Shown: in pieces, positions 10,740 through 23,779 of the stretch
Layout of the letters: each line of letters starts with the position of its first letter
Numbering within the stretch: the stretch's first letter is position 1
Source: Somniosus microcephalus
Taxonomy: Eukaryota
Direction: 5' to 3'
Length of the DNA stretch: 51,567 nt
NCBI GenBank assembly: GCA_052327205.1
Contig: CM126220.1
Span: 71,486,001-71,537,567 of the forward strand
Position numbers and translations under genes: made by a program
The notes under the pieces: model-generated
Seen by the model: the letters and a program-made list of their open reading frames with translations, nothing else
What the model was told of the DNA's origin: nothing
Databases searched by the model: none

Positions 10740-11290
10740 GAGCCGTGTACAGCCCGGACAGGTTCCAAATACAAGCCCCAGTCTGCGCTGAATTAGCAAA
10801 TCTCAACAACAACAACTTGCATTTATACAGCGCCTTTAACATAGTAAAACATCCCAAGGTGCTTCACAGGAGCGATTATCAGCCAAAAATTGACACTGAG
10901 CCAAAGAAGGAGACATTAGGGCAGGTGACCAAAAGCTTGGTCAAAGAGGTAGGTTTTTTAAAAAGTCTCAAAGGAGGAGGGATGGAGAGGTATAGGGAGG
11001 GAAGTCCAGAGCTTAGGGCCTAGGCGGCTGAAGGCACGGCCGCCGATGGTGGGGTGAATGAAGGCAGTGTACCGGTGAAGGGACAGTGCAACTTACCTCA
11101 GCACCCCTCGGCCAGGGATGGCAAATCAGCCAGGGTTCCTGCTGCTCCCTGCTGGGACACACACATGTGCAGACAGTAGGCGAGGTCCAGATCAGGCTGG
11201 CCTACAATGCACCCTATTGTTGTGTAGACTCATGGTTATGTGGACCATTTGGGTGAGCATTGCCAGCAGCCTGTGAACCCTACCCCAGGA
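10740..11290 (+). mobile_element. Degraded LF-SINE-like element split by an antisense L2-type 3' fragment (~10805-11055)
   Basis: Motifs CTCAGCACCCCT and AATCAGCCAGGGTTCCTGCT, related to 31760-32095 and 13900-14180. The insert starts with the reverse-complement tail CAACAACAACTTGCATTTATA, as in the L2 copy at 45870-46405. Confidence 0.5.
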
Positions 11291-11459
11291 GAGGAGGGTA
11301 GACAAATTAGAAAGCATAAAGAAGTTTTGGGTAGACACCACGGTATAAAGATGAACTTGTTAGGAGGAATTCCAGCGAGCCCTACTTGTGTGGAGGATAA
11401 CACGTAGGGTGGAGTCTCTTGTAAGGGTGTAACTCAGTCAGGTTCAATTGATGTCATTG

Positions 11460-11815
11460 AAAAGAAAGCGTATATCGTACCTTTCACAGCCTCAGGACAT
11501 CTCAAAGCGCTTTACAACTAATGAAGTATTTTTGAAGCATAGTCACTGTTGTAATGTAGGAAACGTGACAGCCAATTTGCGCACAGCAAGCTCCCACAAA
11601 CAGCAAGGTGATAATGACCAGATAATCTGTTTTAGTGATGTTGATTGAGGGATAACCTGAGAGGACAGACATGGCCTCGGTTTAACGTCTCATCCGAAAG
11701 ACAGCACCTCCGACAGTGCAGCACTCCCTCAGCACTGCACTGGAGTCACAGCCTAGATTTTTGTGCTCAAGTCTCTGGAGTGGGGCTTGGGCCTTCCTCA
11801 GAGGCGAGAGTGCTA
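11460..11815 (-). mobile_element. Deu-domain SINE, internally deleted copy
   Basis: Reverse complement of the SINE at 3123 and 35976. Confidence 0.75.
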
Positions 11816-11882
11816 CTACACGGCGTGAGTGGTTTATCAATTCCGTCTGGTCCCTGGGTTCGGTTGGAGATTGAAACACACT

Positions 11883-12438
11883 GGGGTTGACTTTAACCCT
11901 GCTCACCCAGCAGAAACTGGGCAGTTAAAACGAGTAGGTAACTTACCCACTCATATCCCCACTATTTCCGATTTTAACCTAGAACGTTTTGCAGGCAGCT
12001 GAGGCGGCCGCCTAAAGCGGAAGCCTCATAAATGATCCGAGTAGGGGTCTTGTTACGTCAGTAGGACCCCGATGCGGTTCTAGCCAAGGCCTGAGCGGGG
12101 AAGACACCAGCCACGCCCTCCCACTAGGCAGAAGCCGGTCTGAAGACAGAAGAGGCCCCATCAGGTAAGTCTAACACTTGCTCCTATGGGCCCCACAAGG
12201 AATGTCCTGGCCTTCTCTGCCCAGACTTCCCTCCTGAGAGATCCTCCCAGAATCCTCTTCCCACCACTTGACATCTCATCCGAAAGACGGCACCTCCAAC
12301 AGTGCAGCACTCCCGCAAACCAGCGGGCGGCCCTTGGCGTCCATTCCGAACGTGATGTGGACTGGCGGAATTTAAATCAGGCTACTCCAGCCACCCCCCG
12401 CAACCGCCCGAAACCCGCTCCGGGATAACATCGACCCC
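11883..12438. mobile_element. Possible degraded MITE
   Basis: Imperfect inverted termini GGGGTTGACTTT / ACATCGACCCC around a GC-rich interior that carries a small SINE fragment. Confidence 0.35.
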
Positions 12439-12840
12439 ATCATCTATGTTACATACACAACTTAACCAAATGGGGGTGAGGGAGGGGGAGGGGATGAGCA
12501 GTTATCCTTGAGAATTAAAAGAGGGGGCTCCCTTTAATCAGTGCAAACTTCTCATTCCACCTTCTCAGACAGGGAAACATAAGAAGGGGAGAGAGACAAA
12601 TACCTGAGACAATGAGAGGCAGTAAATGAGTGGTGCCCAAACAAAACCTTTACACACCCAGTCTCCATCTGATTCACCTTATGATGGATGAACAGACGAA
12701 CACCTCAACCAGTAAAGGAGAACTCCCTCAGACAGGCTCCCAGTCACTAAAACAGCATGAAATCCAAAGAAAGAAAGAGAGGGAGAGAGAACTTGCATTC
12801 ATTTAGCACCTTCATACATCCCTCGGAATGTCCCAAAGAG

Positions 12841-13042
12841 TGTCAGCCTTGGCTCAGGATTCTTGCCTGTAGGTCAGAAGGTTTTTGGGTTCAAGCCCCA
12901 CTGTGCGCACATTGGCTGCCACATTTCCCACATTACACCAGTGACTGCTCTTCAAAAGGTACTTCATTGGCTGTAAAGCGCTTTGGGACATCCTGAGGTC
13001 GTGAAAGGCGCTATAGAAATGCAAGATCTTTCTTTTCTTTTC
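12841..13042 (+). mobile_element. Short SINE derivative: tRNA-like head joined directly to the 3' tail
   Basis: GTCAGCCTTGGCTCAG...GGTTCAAGCCCCA is fused to CTGTGCGCACATTGGCTGCC...GCTATAGAAATGCAAG. Confidence 0.7.
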
Positions 13043-13899
13043 TATGTCATCAACGGAACCTCTCATTGAGAGACACCCTCACCAGAGACTCCACCCCACG
13101 TGTTATCCTCCATATTTCTGTCATATCCAATTGTTTACTTTGTGAAGAGCAGTTGCTATTGTGATGTGGGAAAACATTGCAGTCAGTCTGTGCACAGCTA
13201 AATGTCAGAGAACAGCAAAAGAGATGAATGGCTAGTTAACCTGTCCTCGGTGGTATTGACTGAGGGTAAACTGTTTGCCAGGGTGAAACTATTTGAACAC
13301 AATGCCCGGATTCATAAAAAAACAGCAATCAATCTCACATCGCCTCACCCACTGGGCTGGTACAGCACGTCAACTATTTATGAGTGCATTTTGGAACCTT
13401 GTGGTGGACTGTGGGAGTTTTGAATTTGTTATTGTCTTGATGTGTACACACAATGGGGGGGTGGGGGAAATGGGGGGAATGTCCTTGACGGGGGTAGATT
13501 CAATCCCCCGAATTTATAGGTGTTCCCCTTCGAGTGCTCCCTCTTTCTCCTCTGTTCTCTGGTGGCTCTTGCAGGGGCACAGCTCCGCTTCAAGTGGTAG
13601 CCCCTTGTAGCAGCTTATTGGAGCAGGTATTCTTCACGTACGACTTTAGACAGTCAGTCATTGTGTTTTTTGGGGTCTTTTCTACCATCCTTACTAAAGT
13701 CAGTGGGTCTCCACCATTTCCCTGGGGGGTCCCTCCAGTCTCCAGTTGAAGCTTTGGCAGGTCTTTGCCATTTCCCTAGAGGGTCCGCTGGTCTCCCACC
13801 GTTGTTGTGACCTGGGAAACCCCTGAAGAATTTCAGTGTTTTTTGTGTATTATGACTGGACTTAAAGGGACAACCACCACGGCAAAACTAGACAAAGGT

Positions 13900-14180
13900 G
13901 CTTCATTTTTGTGATGAGTGTAACTGGCTATTCAACCACGGATGGCACTTCAGTTGAACCCAAACCTGTCTTCACATTCGGTGTGCTTCCAGCAGGGGTT
14001 GCTGGAGAGGTACACCCGGAGTTTTGCCATCCCTAGCCCAGGGGCACTGAAGTTAACTGTAGCACCCTTACTGCTGCCCCAGCTGGTCAACACTGAGCGA
14101 GGACGGAACCTGGGCTCCTCTTGATCTGTATGGTTTGCGACCCCGACATGGTGAGGCCTTTAGCCTTTACCCACTCAGCC
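13900..14180 (-). mobile_element. Degraded LF-SINE-like copy
   Basis: CCCTAGCCCAGGGGCACTGA is the reverse complement of the conserved core seen at ~31850. Confidence 0.45.
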
Positions 14181-14738
14181 ATCTGGAGTGCTGGTTTTCC
14201 AGTTTATCAGTGGAATGGTGGGTGAAATTAGGCATTCAGGATACAGGGCAAGTGAGCGCTAAGTGTCGATTATTCCAAAAGTTTTATGTCGAAAAATCTC
14301 TTTAAAGTTGTGGGGGGTTTTTTTCCTGAGCTTTTCGCTCATCAGTCACTCGAACTTTCATTAGAGGAGGTTGAAACTGAAAGGGAATATAATGCAATCT
14401 CTGTATCAATGAGAAGCTGCTTGGCAGAGGAGGGGAGAGCAACCACAGCTGATATAAAAAGGAAACCAAACAATGAACAATGGAGGATTGGAGATGGGGC
14501 GGGACAGATAATCTAAACAGCTGCTGAGTGGCTGGCCATCAGCTCCCTCAAAGTCAGTGAGTAAGTCATCACTGGACGACTGCTGAGTGGAATTTCCCAT
14601 CCCCGGATAAGGTTAGGAACAGTTACAAAATATTTCATTGAAGTCTTCTAATTAAATCAGCCAATTAAGGTCAGGTACAAGAAAGTTAACCACAGGAAAA
14701 TAATAAAAGTCATGGTGGGAAACAGCTCCTGATCAGCA

Positions 14739-16469
14739 AAGCCCATCCCTCCAATACCCTCACTCCCCCATCGAAGCCCATCCCTCCAATACCCTCACTC
14801 CCCCATCGAAGCCCATCCCTCCAATACCCTCACTCCCCCATCGAAGCCCATCCCTCCAATACCCTCACTCCCCCATCGAAGCCCATCCCTCCAATACCCT
14901 CACTCCCCCATCGAAGCCCATCCCTCCAATACCCTCACTCCCCCATCGAAGCCCATCCCGCTAATACCCTCACTCCCCCATCGAAGCCCATCCCTCCAAT
15001 ACCCTCACTCCCCCATCGAAGCCCATCCCTCCAATACCCTCACTCCCCCATCGAAGCCCATCCCTCCAATACCCTCACTCCCCCATCGAAGCCCATCCCT
15101 CCAATACCCTCACTCCCCCATCGAAGCCCATCCCTCCAATACCCTCACTCCCCCATCGAAGCCCATCCCTCCAATACCCTCACTCCCCCATCGAAGCCCA
15201 TCCCTCCAATACCCTCACTCCCCCATCGAAGCCCATCCCTCCAATACCCTCACTCCCCCATCGAAGCCCATCCCTCCAATACCCTCACTCCCCCATCGAA
15301 GCCCATCCCTCCAATACCCTCACTCCCCCATCAAAGCCCATCCCTCTAATACCCTCACTCCCCCATCAAAGCCCATCCCTCCAATACCCTCACTCCCCCA
15401 TCGAAGCCCATCCCTCCAATACCCTCACACCCCCATCGAAGCCCATCCCTCCAATACCCTCACTCCCCCATCGAAGCCCATCCCTCCAGTACCCTCACTG
15501 CCCCATTGAAGCCCATCCCTCCAATACCCTCACTGCCCCATTGGAGCCCATCCCTCCAATACCCTCACTCCCCCATCGAAGCCCATCCCTCCAATACCCT
15601 CGCTCCCCCATTGGAGCCCATCCCTCCAATACCCTCACTCCCCCATCGAAGCCCATCCCTCCAATACCCTCACTCCCCCATCGAAGCCCATCCCTCCAAT
15701 ACCCTCACGCCCCCATCAAAGCCCATCCCTCCAGTACCCTCACTGCCCCATCGAAGCCCATCCCTCCAATACCCTCACTCCCCCATCGAAGCCCATCCCT
15801 CCAATACCCTCACTCCCCCATCGAAGCCCATCCCTCCAATACCCTCACTCCCCCATCGAAGCCCATCCCTCCAATACCCTCACTCCCCCATTGAAGCCCA
15901 TCCCTCCAGTACCCTCACGCCCCCATCAAAGCCCATCCCTCCAGTACCCTCACTGCCCCATCGAAGCCCATCCCTCCAATACCCTCACTCCCCCATCGAA
16001 GCCCATCCCTCCAATACCCTCACTCCCCCATCGAAGCCCATCCCTCCAATACCCTCACTCCCCCATCGAAGCCCATCCCTCCAATACCCTCACTCCCCCA
16101 TCGAAGCCCATCCCTCCAGTACCCTCACTGCCCCATCGAAGCCCATCCCTCCAGTACACTAACTCCCCCATTGAAGCCCATCCCTCCAGTACACTAACTC
16201 CCCCATTGAAGCCCATCCCTCCAGTACCCTCACTCTCCCATTGAAGACCATCCCTCCAGTACACTAACTCCCCCATTGAAGCCCATCCCTCCAGTACCCT
16301 CACTCTCCCATTGAAGACCATCCCTCCAGTACACTAACTCTCCCATTGAAGCCCATCCCTCCAGTACACTAACTCCCCCATTGAAGCCCATCCCTCCAGT
16401 ACACTAACTCCCCCATTGAAGCCCATCCCTCCAGTACACTAACTCCCCCATTGAAGCCCATCCCTCCAG
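14739..16469. repeat. 30-bp C-rich minisatellite, left part
   Basis: Unit GCCCATCCCTCCAATACCCTCACTCCCCCATCGAA-type with exact 30-nt periodicity. Confidence 0.97.
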
Positions 16470-19400
16470 TGTAATGATATCAGCAAATAGAGATGGTATT
16501 TGCCTGTTCGATTATGATGCCTTAATAGCATGTTTGCAGGTATTGATTGCTTGTGCCTGACCAGCAGAGGTCATGTGACCGAGACAAGCAAGCCAGTTTA
16601 GTTTCGTTTCAGTTTCGTTCTAGATGCATCACAGCATAATGGTGTCTCCTGAATGCTGTATAAAGAGTTGAACAGACTTTAGATTAAAACTCATTCTCTT
16701 TCATAAATGTCTCATCATTGAACCCACAAAGAAATCAATACATGGTGTCAGAAGTGATTGAAAGAGATGAAGAGAAAAAATTTGAAGTTAAATCAGCTCT
16801 CCACAGATTAGCAAGCCAAAAGAGAACATCGTTGCTTACCATTGGAGAATAGCTAACGAAGTGAAAAATGGAAGGTTTACTCCCACCGGCGACGCTTCAG
16901 TTGACAGGTAATGTGGCTGAAAATTGGAGGAGATTCAAACAACGTGTGGGGTTGTATTTATCAGCAATCGGAGCTGACGAGAAAAGTAATAAACAGAAAT
17001 CGTCACTGTTCTTACATGTCGTGGGTGATGAAGCGCTGGAGGTGTATAATAACTTCACATTCGCTGCTAATGGAGACAAAATGAAGCTAGATAAAATAAT
17101 GGAACAGTTTGAGGCCTACTGCATACCTAAACGTAACGTGACGTTTGAGAGGCACAGATTTTTCACATGCGTTCAGAAAACGGGTGAGACTATTGATCAG
17201 TATGTAACTGAACTGAGAAACAGAAGCAAATCATGTGAATTTGGGGGACTGACAGACTCGCTGATAAAAGACAGACTGGTGTGTGGTATTCCGGATAATG
17301 GTCTAAGGGAAAGACTGCTAAGAGAGCAAGATCTAGACCTGGGAAAAGCCATAGCACTGTGTAGGGCTACAGAGACTGTGAAGTTGCAGGCAAAGGAGCT
17401 GTTCAGTGACAATAGCTGCAACGTGGATGCAGTGAGAAAGAACGGATACAAACCGTTTAACAAAACGAGCGCCAATGTGAAAAAAGAGGCGTGGCCAGCG
17501 AACGAAAATGAAAGGGACAATCGAAAGTCATGTAGTCGATGCGGTACACAGCATCCACCAAGAAAGTGTCCAGCATATGGTAAAACATGCAATAGTTGCA
17601 ACAAGAACAACCATTATGCCCGTTGCTGTAAGAACCAAATGCAACAAAGCAAGGTCCATGCAGTAGATGAAAGCGACATAGAGGAGTTCTATGTAGATGT
17701 TGTGTCTGAAAACAAAAAAGAAGAAAGAGACTGGATGTTGACACTAAAAGTGAATGACATACATATTCCATTTAAATTGGATACTGGAGCACAAGTTAAT
17801 GTGATATCAGAGACTGATTTTAAGAAAATTAGACCCAGACCAAAGATACATGGAATCAAAGTGAAAGTGACAGGATACTCAGGTACTGATATACCAGTGA
17901 AAGGAAGATGCATTGTCAAAGTAACACACAAGGACAGAGAGCACACGCTAGCATTAATCGTGGTGCCAAAGGATGTGCAAGCCATACTAGGTTTAAAAGC
18001 CTGTGAGAGACTGAACCTGGTAAAGAGAGTCCTCGTTGTGGAAAGCGAAGGAGAGACAGTCTATGATGAACTCATGAAAGAGTACAATGACCTATTTAAG
18101 GGTCTAGGCTGCATTCCAGGAGAACACACGATCAGAGTAGATAAAAGTATGACACCGGTCATACATCCATGCAGAAAAGTTCCGTTTGCTCTTCAAAAGC
18201 AACTGAAGGCAGAGTTGGACAGGATGGAAAGCCTGAACGTGATTCAGAAGATAGATGAGCCAACTGAGTGGGTGAGTTCCCTCGTCGTAGTGGACAAAAA
18301 GAATGGAAAGCTCAGAATTTGCCTGGAGCCAAGAGATCTAAACAGAGCAATAAAGAGAGAGCACTTCAAGCTTCCTACACGTGAGGAAATCATGGCACAG
18401 TTTGCAAATGTAAAATATTTCAGCAAGTTAGATGCATCATCAGGATTTTGGCAGATGAAGCTGGACGAAGCAAGTTCAAGACTGTGCACGTTCAACAGTC
18501 CATTTGGCAGATACAGATTCCTAAGGTTACCATTTGGCATTGCCTCAGCTCCTGAAGTGTATCACAAGACTATCCATATGATCTATGAGCACCTGGAGGG
18601 AGTTGATACATCAATGGATGACATCATAGTATGGGGAACCACGTGAACTGAGCATGACGAGAGACTGAAAAAAGTTCTGGAAGCAACAAGGAAAACAAAC
18701 CTGAAGCTGAATAGAGAGAAATGCCAGCTCGGGGTGACAGAACTGACATTCGTGGGAGATATCCTTAGCAGTGAGGGCATCAGACCAGATCCCAGAAAGG
18801 TGTCCGCCATTGAGAATATGCCAAAGCCACAATGCAAAAAGGACGTGCAGAGGTTTAATGGAATGATCAACTACATGGGTAAATTCATATCCAACCTCTC
18901 AGAAAAGATGGCGCCACTGAGAAGACTAACTGAAAAGAACATAGAATGGGAATGGAATCATGAGCATGAGAAGTCATGGAGCGATCTAAAGAAACTGCTC
19001 ACAGAGGAACCAGTTCTGAGGTTTTATGACCCAGCGAGACCCATCAAGATATCATCAGATGCATCACAGAGTGGGCTCGGTGCCGTTCTTCTGCAACAAT
19101 ATGACTACTGGCAACCTATTGCATATGCATCGCGCTCAATGACAGACGCGGAGACGCGATATGCTCAAATAGAAAAGGAGCTGCTCAGCATCACATACGC
19201 CTGTGAAAGATTTCACCAGTTTGTGGCAGGACAAGCAATCAGTGTAGAGACTGACCATAAGCCCTTGATTGCATTGTTCCAAAAGCCACTAAATAGCTGT
19301 CCGCTTAGAATACAAAGAATGATGATCAGGCTGCAACGCTATACACTGAATGTTGCGTACACACCGGGTAAGCTGATGTATACAGCAGACACGTTGTCCA

Positions 19401-21250
19401 GAGCTGTAGACCCAAGTGAGCCCGCAAACACCACAATGGATGACAAAGTGAACGCCTACATGGACATGATCACAAGTGCACTGCCCATAGCAGATGCAAA
19501 AATGGAGCTCATAAAGACTGAGACAAACAAAGATGAAACAATGAGACGACTGAGAAAAAGCATCTTGGATGGATGGCCCAACATGAAGCAAGACTGCTCA
19601 CCTGATATAGCAGAGTACTGGAACTGCAGGGCGGAACTATCAGTGGTCGAAGACATCATCTACAAAGGAAGTAAAATAGTTATCCCAAAGAGTCTGAGAA
19701 GAGAGATGCTAAAAAAGACCCATGGAGGACATCTGGGAATCGAAAAGTGTAAGAAAAGAGCACGAGAGGTGATGTACTGGCCACGAATCAACCAAGATGT
19801 GACAAATGAGGTGTCAAACTGCACAATATGCCTGAAATATCGAGCAAGCAATCCGGTAGAACCACTAAAGCCACACCCAGCACCAGACAGACCTTACCAG
19901 AAGGTAGCCGCTGACCTATTCGTATGTCAAGGGAAGGACTATCTTGTAGTCACAGACTATTACTCCCTGTATCCAGAGGTTTGTAGACTGCACACCACCA
20001 CTGCAGATGCTGTGATAACATGTATGAAAGCCATATTCTCCAGACATGGCGTGGCAAGCGAGGTATTCACAGACAACGGACCTCAGTTTTACAATGCAAG
20101 TTTCCAACACTTTGCCAAAGAGTGGGACTTTGTCCACACAACGTCAAGTCCTCACTTTCCACAGTCCAATGGACTAGTGGAAAAATCGGTCCAGACAGTG
20201 AAAAGACTGATGTACAAGGCAAAAGACAGTGGAACTGACTTCTACCAGAGCATGCTTGTATACCGCACAACGCCGCTCGAGTGTGGTATGTCACCAGCCC
20301 AACTCCTGATGGGACATCGGCTAAGGTCAAACCTACCCATCCCGGAGAACCTCCTGAAAACAAAAGAGGGGGAGAAAGTGAGGAAGTTCAAAGAACAACA
20401 GAAAGAAAAGCAAAAGTACTACTATGATAGAGGAACACAAAACCTACCTGAACTCCACACTGGTGACCAAGTAAGGTTCAAAGACAAAACAAACACATGG
20501 ACTCAGAAGGGAACTGTCCTGAGTGAAGTTCAACCAAGATCATACACCATTCAGACAGATGAGGGTGCTGTTCTGAGAAGAAATCGTCGAGATCTTCTCA
20601 TGGGACCAGCCACAGCAGGTCAAGAGACTGATACTGTTGAACAACCTGATCACACAGCTGAGAACCAATCATCTGAGGCAACAACTCAGATTCAAGGACA
20701 ATCAATCAGAAAATCCTCAAGAGACGTGAAGCCTCCTGAGAGACTCATTGAACAAATTTAAGGACTATTGTTATAGAAGGAAGTAATGTTATCTTATTCT
20801 CTCTTCAAGTTCTAGGTATTGACATATTTCATGTGAACACACAAAGCAAGGTTAAAAAACCTTGATCATGATAATGATAATGTAAGTTCATTAAGTGTTA
20901 CAGTTAAAATGCAGATTAATACAAAGAAAACATGTTGTTAGTTAAAAGTAAAATACTTTTGTTTTAAGGAAAGGAGATGTAATGATATCAGCAAATAGAG
21001 ATGGTATTTGCCTGTTCGATTATGATGCCTTAATAGCATGTTTGCAGGTATTGCTTGCTTGTGCCTGACCAGCAGAGGTCATGTGACCGAGACAAGCAAG
21101 GCAGTTTAGTTTAGTTTCAGTTTCGTTCTAGATGCATCACAGCATAATGGTGTCTCCTGAATGCTGTATAAAGAGTTGAATAGACTTTAGATTAAAACTC
21201 ATTCTCTTTCATAAATGTCTCATCATTGAACCCACAAAGAAATCAATACA
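16470..21250 (+). mobile_element. Full-length Ty3/Gypsy LTR retrotransposon (element 2) inserted in the minisatellite
   Basis: 273-bp LTRs at 16470-16742 and 20978-21250 (4 mismatches seen). TSD TCCAG. PBS TGGTGTCAGAAGTG (tRNA-Leu CAA) at 16743. PPT AAGGAAAGGAGA. Confidence 0.96.
16868..20761 (+). pseudogene. gag-pol (Gag, PR, RT, RNaseH, IN) with a single in-frame stop
   Basis: LDTGA, SKLDASSGFWQ, SMDD, DASQSGLGAVL, EKELL, ETDHKPL, HHCC and TDNGPQF motifs in Gypsy order. The TGA at 18644-18646 splits one reading frame. Confidence 0.93.
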
Positions 21251-22136
21251 TCCAGTACACTAACTCTCCCACTGAAGACCATCTCTCCATTATCCTCACT
21301 CCCCCATTGAAGCCCATCCCTCCAGTACCCTCACTCTCCCATTGAAGCCCATCTCTCCATTATCCTCACTCCCCCATCGAAGCCCATCCCCCCAGTACAC
21401 TAACTCTCCCATTGAAGCCCATCTCTCCATTATCCTCACTCCCCCATCGAAGCCCATCCCCCCAGCACACTAACTCTCCCATTGAAGCCCATCTCTCCAT
21501 TATCCTCACTCCCCCATCAAAGCCCATCCCTCCAGTACCCTCACTCCCCCATCGAAGCCCATCCCTCCAGTACACTAACTCTCCCATTGAAGCCCATCCC
21601 CCCAGTACACTAACTCTCCCATTGAAGCCCATCCCCCCAGTACACTAACTCTCCCATTGAAGCCCATCCCTCCAGTACACTAACTCTCCCATTGAAGCCC
21701 ATCCCTCCAGTACACTAACTCTCCCATTGAAGCCCATCCCCCCAGTACACTAACTCTCCCATTGAAGCCCATCCCCCCAGTACACTAACTCTCCCATTGA
21801 AGCCCATCCCCCCAGTACACTAACTCTCCCATTGAAGCCCATCCCTCCAGTACACTAACTCTCCCATTGAAGCCCATCCCCCCAGTACACTAACTCTCCC
21901 ATTGAAGCCCATCCCCCCAGTACACTAACTCTCCCATTGAAGCCCATCCCTCCAGTACACTAACTCTCCCATTGAAGCCCATCCCTCCAGTACACTAACT
22001 CCCATTGAAGCCCATCCCCCCAGTACACTAACTCTCCCATTGAAGCCCATCCCTCCGGTACACTAACTCTCCCATTGAAGCCCATCCCTCCAGTACCCTC
22101 ACTCCCCCATCGACGCCCATCTCTCCAGTGCCCTCA
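21251..22136. repeat. 30-bp C-rich minisatellite, right part
   Basis: Variant unit AGTACACTAACTCTCCCATTGAAGCCCATCCCTCC-type, continuing the array after the TSD. Confidence 0.95.
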
Positions 22137-22844
22137 ACCAACCGTGGAGTATAAATGGTATAACTTTGCTCATCTAGCTGTGGAATATAAAATGTCTGTA
22201 AATAATGGATCAACTGCAGATTTGGAAGTCCCATTTTCCAGACCCGGCTCTGGAGATGATGGTCAGTATTTGAAGGAGCAACATCTGCAGATTTTTAGTT
22301 GAGGAGAATAGCCCCCCAAAAATGCAAAGGGCAAGAAGTAACGGACAGTGTCACTCCCGTCTCCGTGACTCTGAAGATCTGGCAGAAAGTCTGGAACAAG
22401 TTGCATAATTTAAGGCACAAATATTCCTGTAAAGTAGCAGCTTGGGATGGAGCCGAAGGAAAGTGGGAGTTGTTTGGAAGTATGCAGGAATGCTGTATTC
22501 ACACAGAGATGTGTTAGGAAACGTGTAACGTAAGGTGGTGGTGGGGTTATGTGTGCCGGGGCCACCCCCTCTTGCTATTGCAATGAGTGGTTGAGGCGAA
22601 TAGCACGGAGGCATTTAAGGGGAAGCTAGATAAACACATGAGGGAGAAAAGAATAGAAGGATACACTGATAGGGTTAGAATCATAGAGATTTACGGCACA
22701 GGAGGAGGCCATTCGGCCCATTGTGTCTGTGCCGGGTAGATGAAGAGGAATCTCCCTGCTCATTCAGTTGACTAACTCCAGGACTGACGAAAAGTAAAAT
22801 ACTCACAACTCGATTTGATGGTCTCAACAAGCAGAAAGGGGCCG

Positions 22845-23032
22845 TTCCTTCATCATCGCTGGGTCAAGATCCTGGAGCTCCCTCCCTAACAGCACTGTGG
22901 GAGCACCTTCACCACACGGACTGCAGCGTTCAAGCAGGCGGCTCACCACCACCTTCTCCAGGGCAATTAGGGATGGGCAATAAATGCTGGCCTCGCCAGC
23001 GACGCCCACATCCCAGGAACGAATAAAAAAAA
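22845..23032 (+). mobile_element. 3' end fragment of a non-LTR element (same family as 33670-33865, 37705-38300, 46570-46680)
   Basis: Shared CCTTCATCATCGCTGGGTCAAGATCCTGG...GGGATGGGCAATAAATGC followed by an A tail. Confidence 0.65.
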
Positions 23033-23698
23033 ACCTCTCACTTAGGGAAGAATTCTTGACCCTAATCTGCCTCTCACCTTGATTAATGAGCTGCTGGATG
23101 TCATCCTGGTCATTCACATTCCCTTAACAGAGTGGTTAACTACCCCATCCGAAAGACATGAAACATCTAATTTGGAAACTACTCCCACTGGCCCTCCATC
23201 CAAATCATTGGTGCACACAGTGAACAGAAGCAGCCTCAGAACATCGAAACATTAGGAGCAGGAGTAGGCCATACAGCCCCTCGGGCCTGCTCCGCCATGT
23301 AATTAGATCATGGCTGACCAGAGTTGAGCCCCATGGGTCACCACTGCCATTTCCAACTCTTCTGAGGAACTGCCCTTAACTCCTACTCTCTGTTCCATCC
23401 CTTTAATTCAAATTGCTGCCCTCCCCCTATTTCCATACCTCTTGATCTTCTCCAATAGTCTTCTGCGTGGTACCTTGTCAAAAGCCTTCTGAAAGTCCTT
23501 GTACACCACATCCACTACAATTCCCCCATCCACCTTATCGGTCACGTTTGTCCAAGCGTGGATCTTCCTTTTTGAAATCTGGGCTCAATTGAGGGCCTTG
23601 CCTTATAGGACACTTCTTGTAAACCTGTCAACATTAATAACCTCTTTTACTCCATCACCTCTGTATTAATAGAAAATTACTCTGTGTGTTGCTGGCAG

Positions 23699-23779
23699 GT
23701 GGCTTGGCGGCTGTGATCTACACTGACACATTGCAGACCATCATCATGGTGGTGGGCTCCTTCATTCTAATGGGTTTTG
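23699..23779 (+). CDS. SLC5A1: Sodium/glucose cotransporter exon (human exon 7 equivalent)
   Basis: [27 protein letters not shown]; cag|...|gtaag; 81 bp. Confidence 0.9.

Noticed and set aside
15506-16321. Proline-rich ORFs in the 30-bp array
   Set aside because: Minisatellite translations with no independent evidence of coding.
18644-18646. Programmed stop-codon readthrough in element 2
   Set aside because: The stop lies inside RT, not at the gag-pol boundary, and lacks a CAR-YYA/CTAG context. A CpG transition is the simpler explanation.
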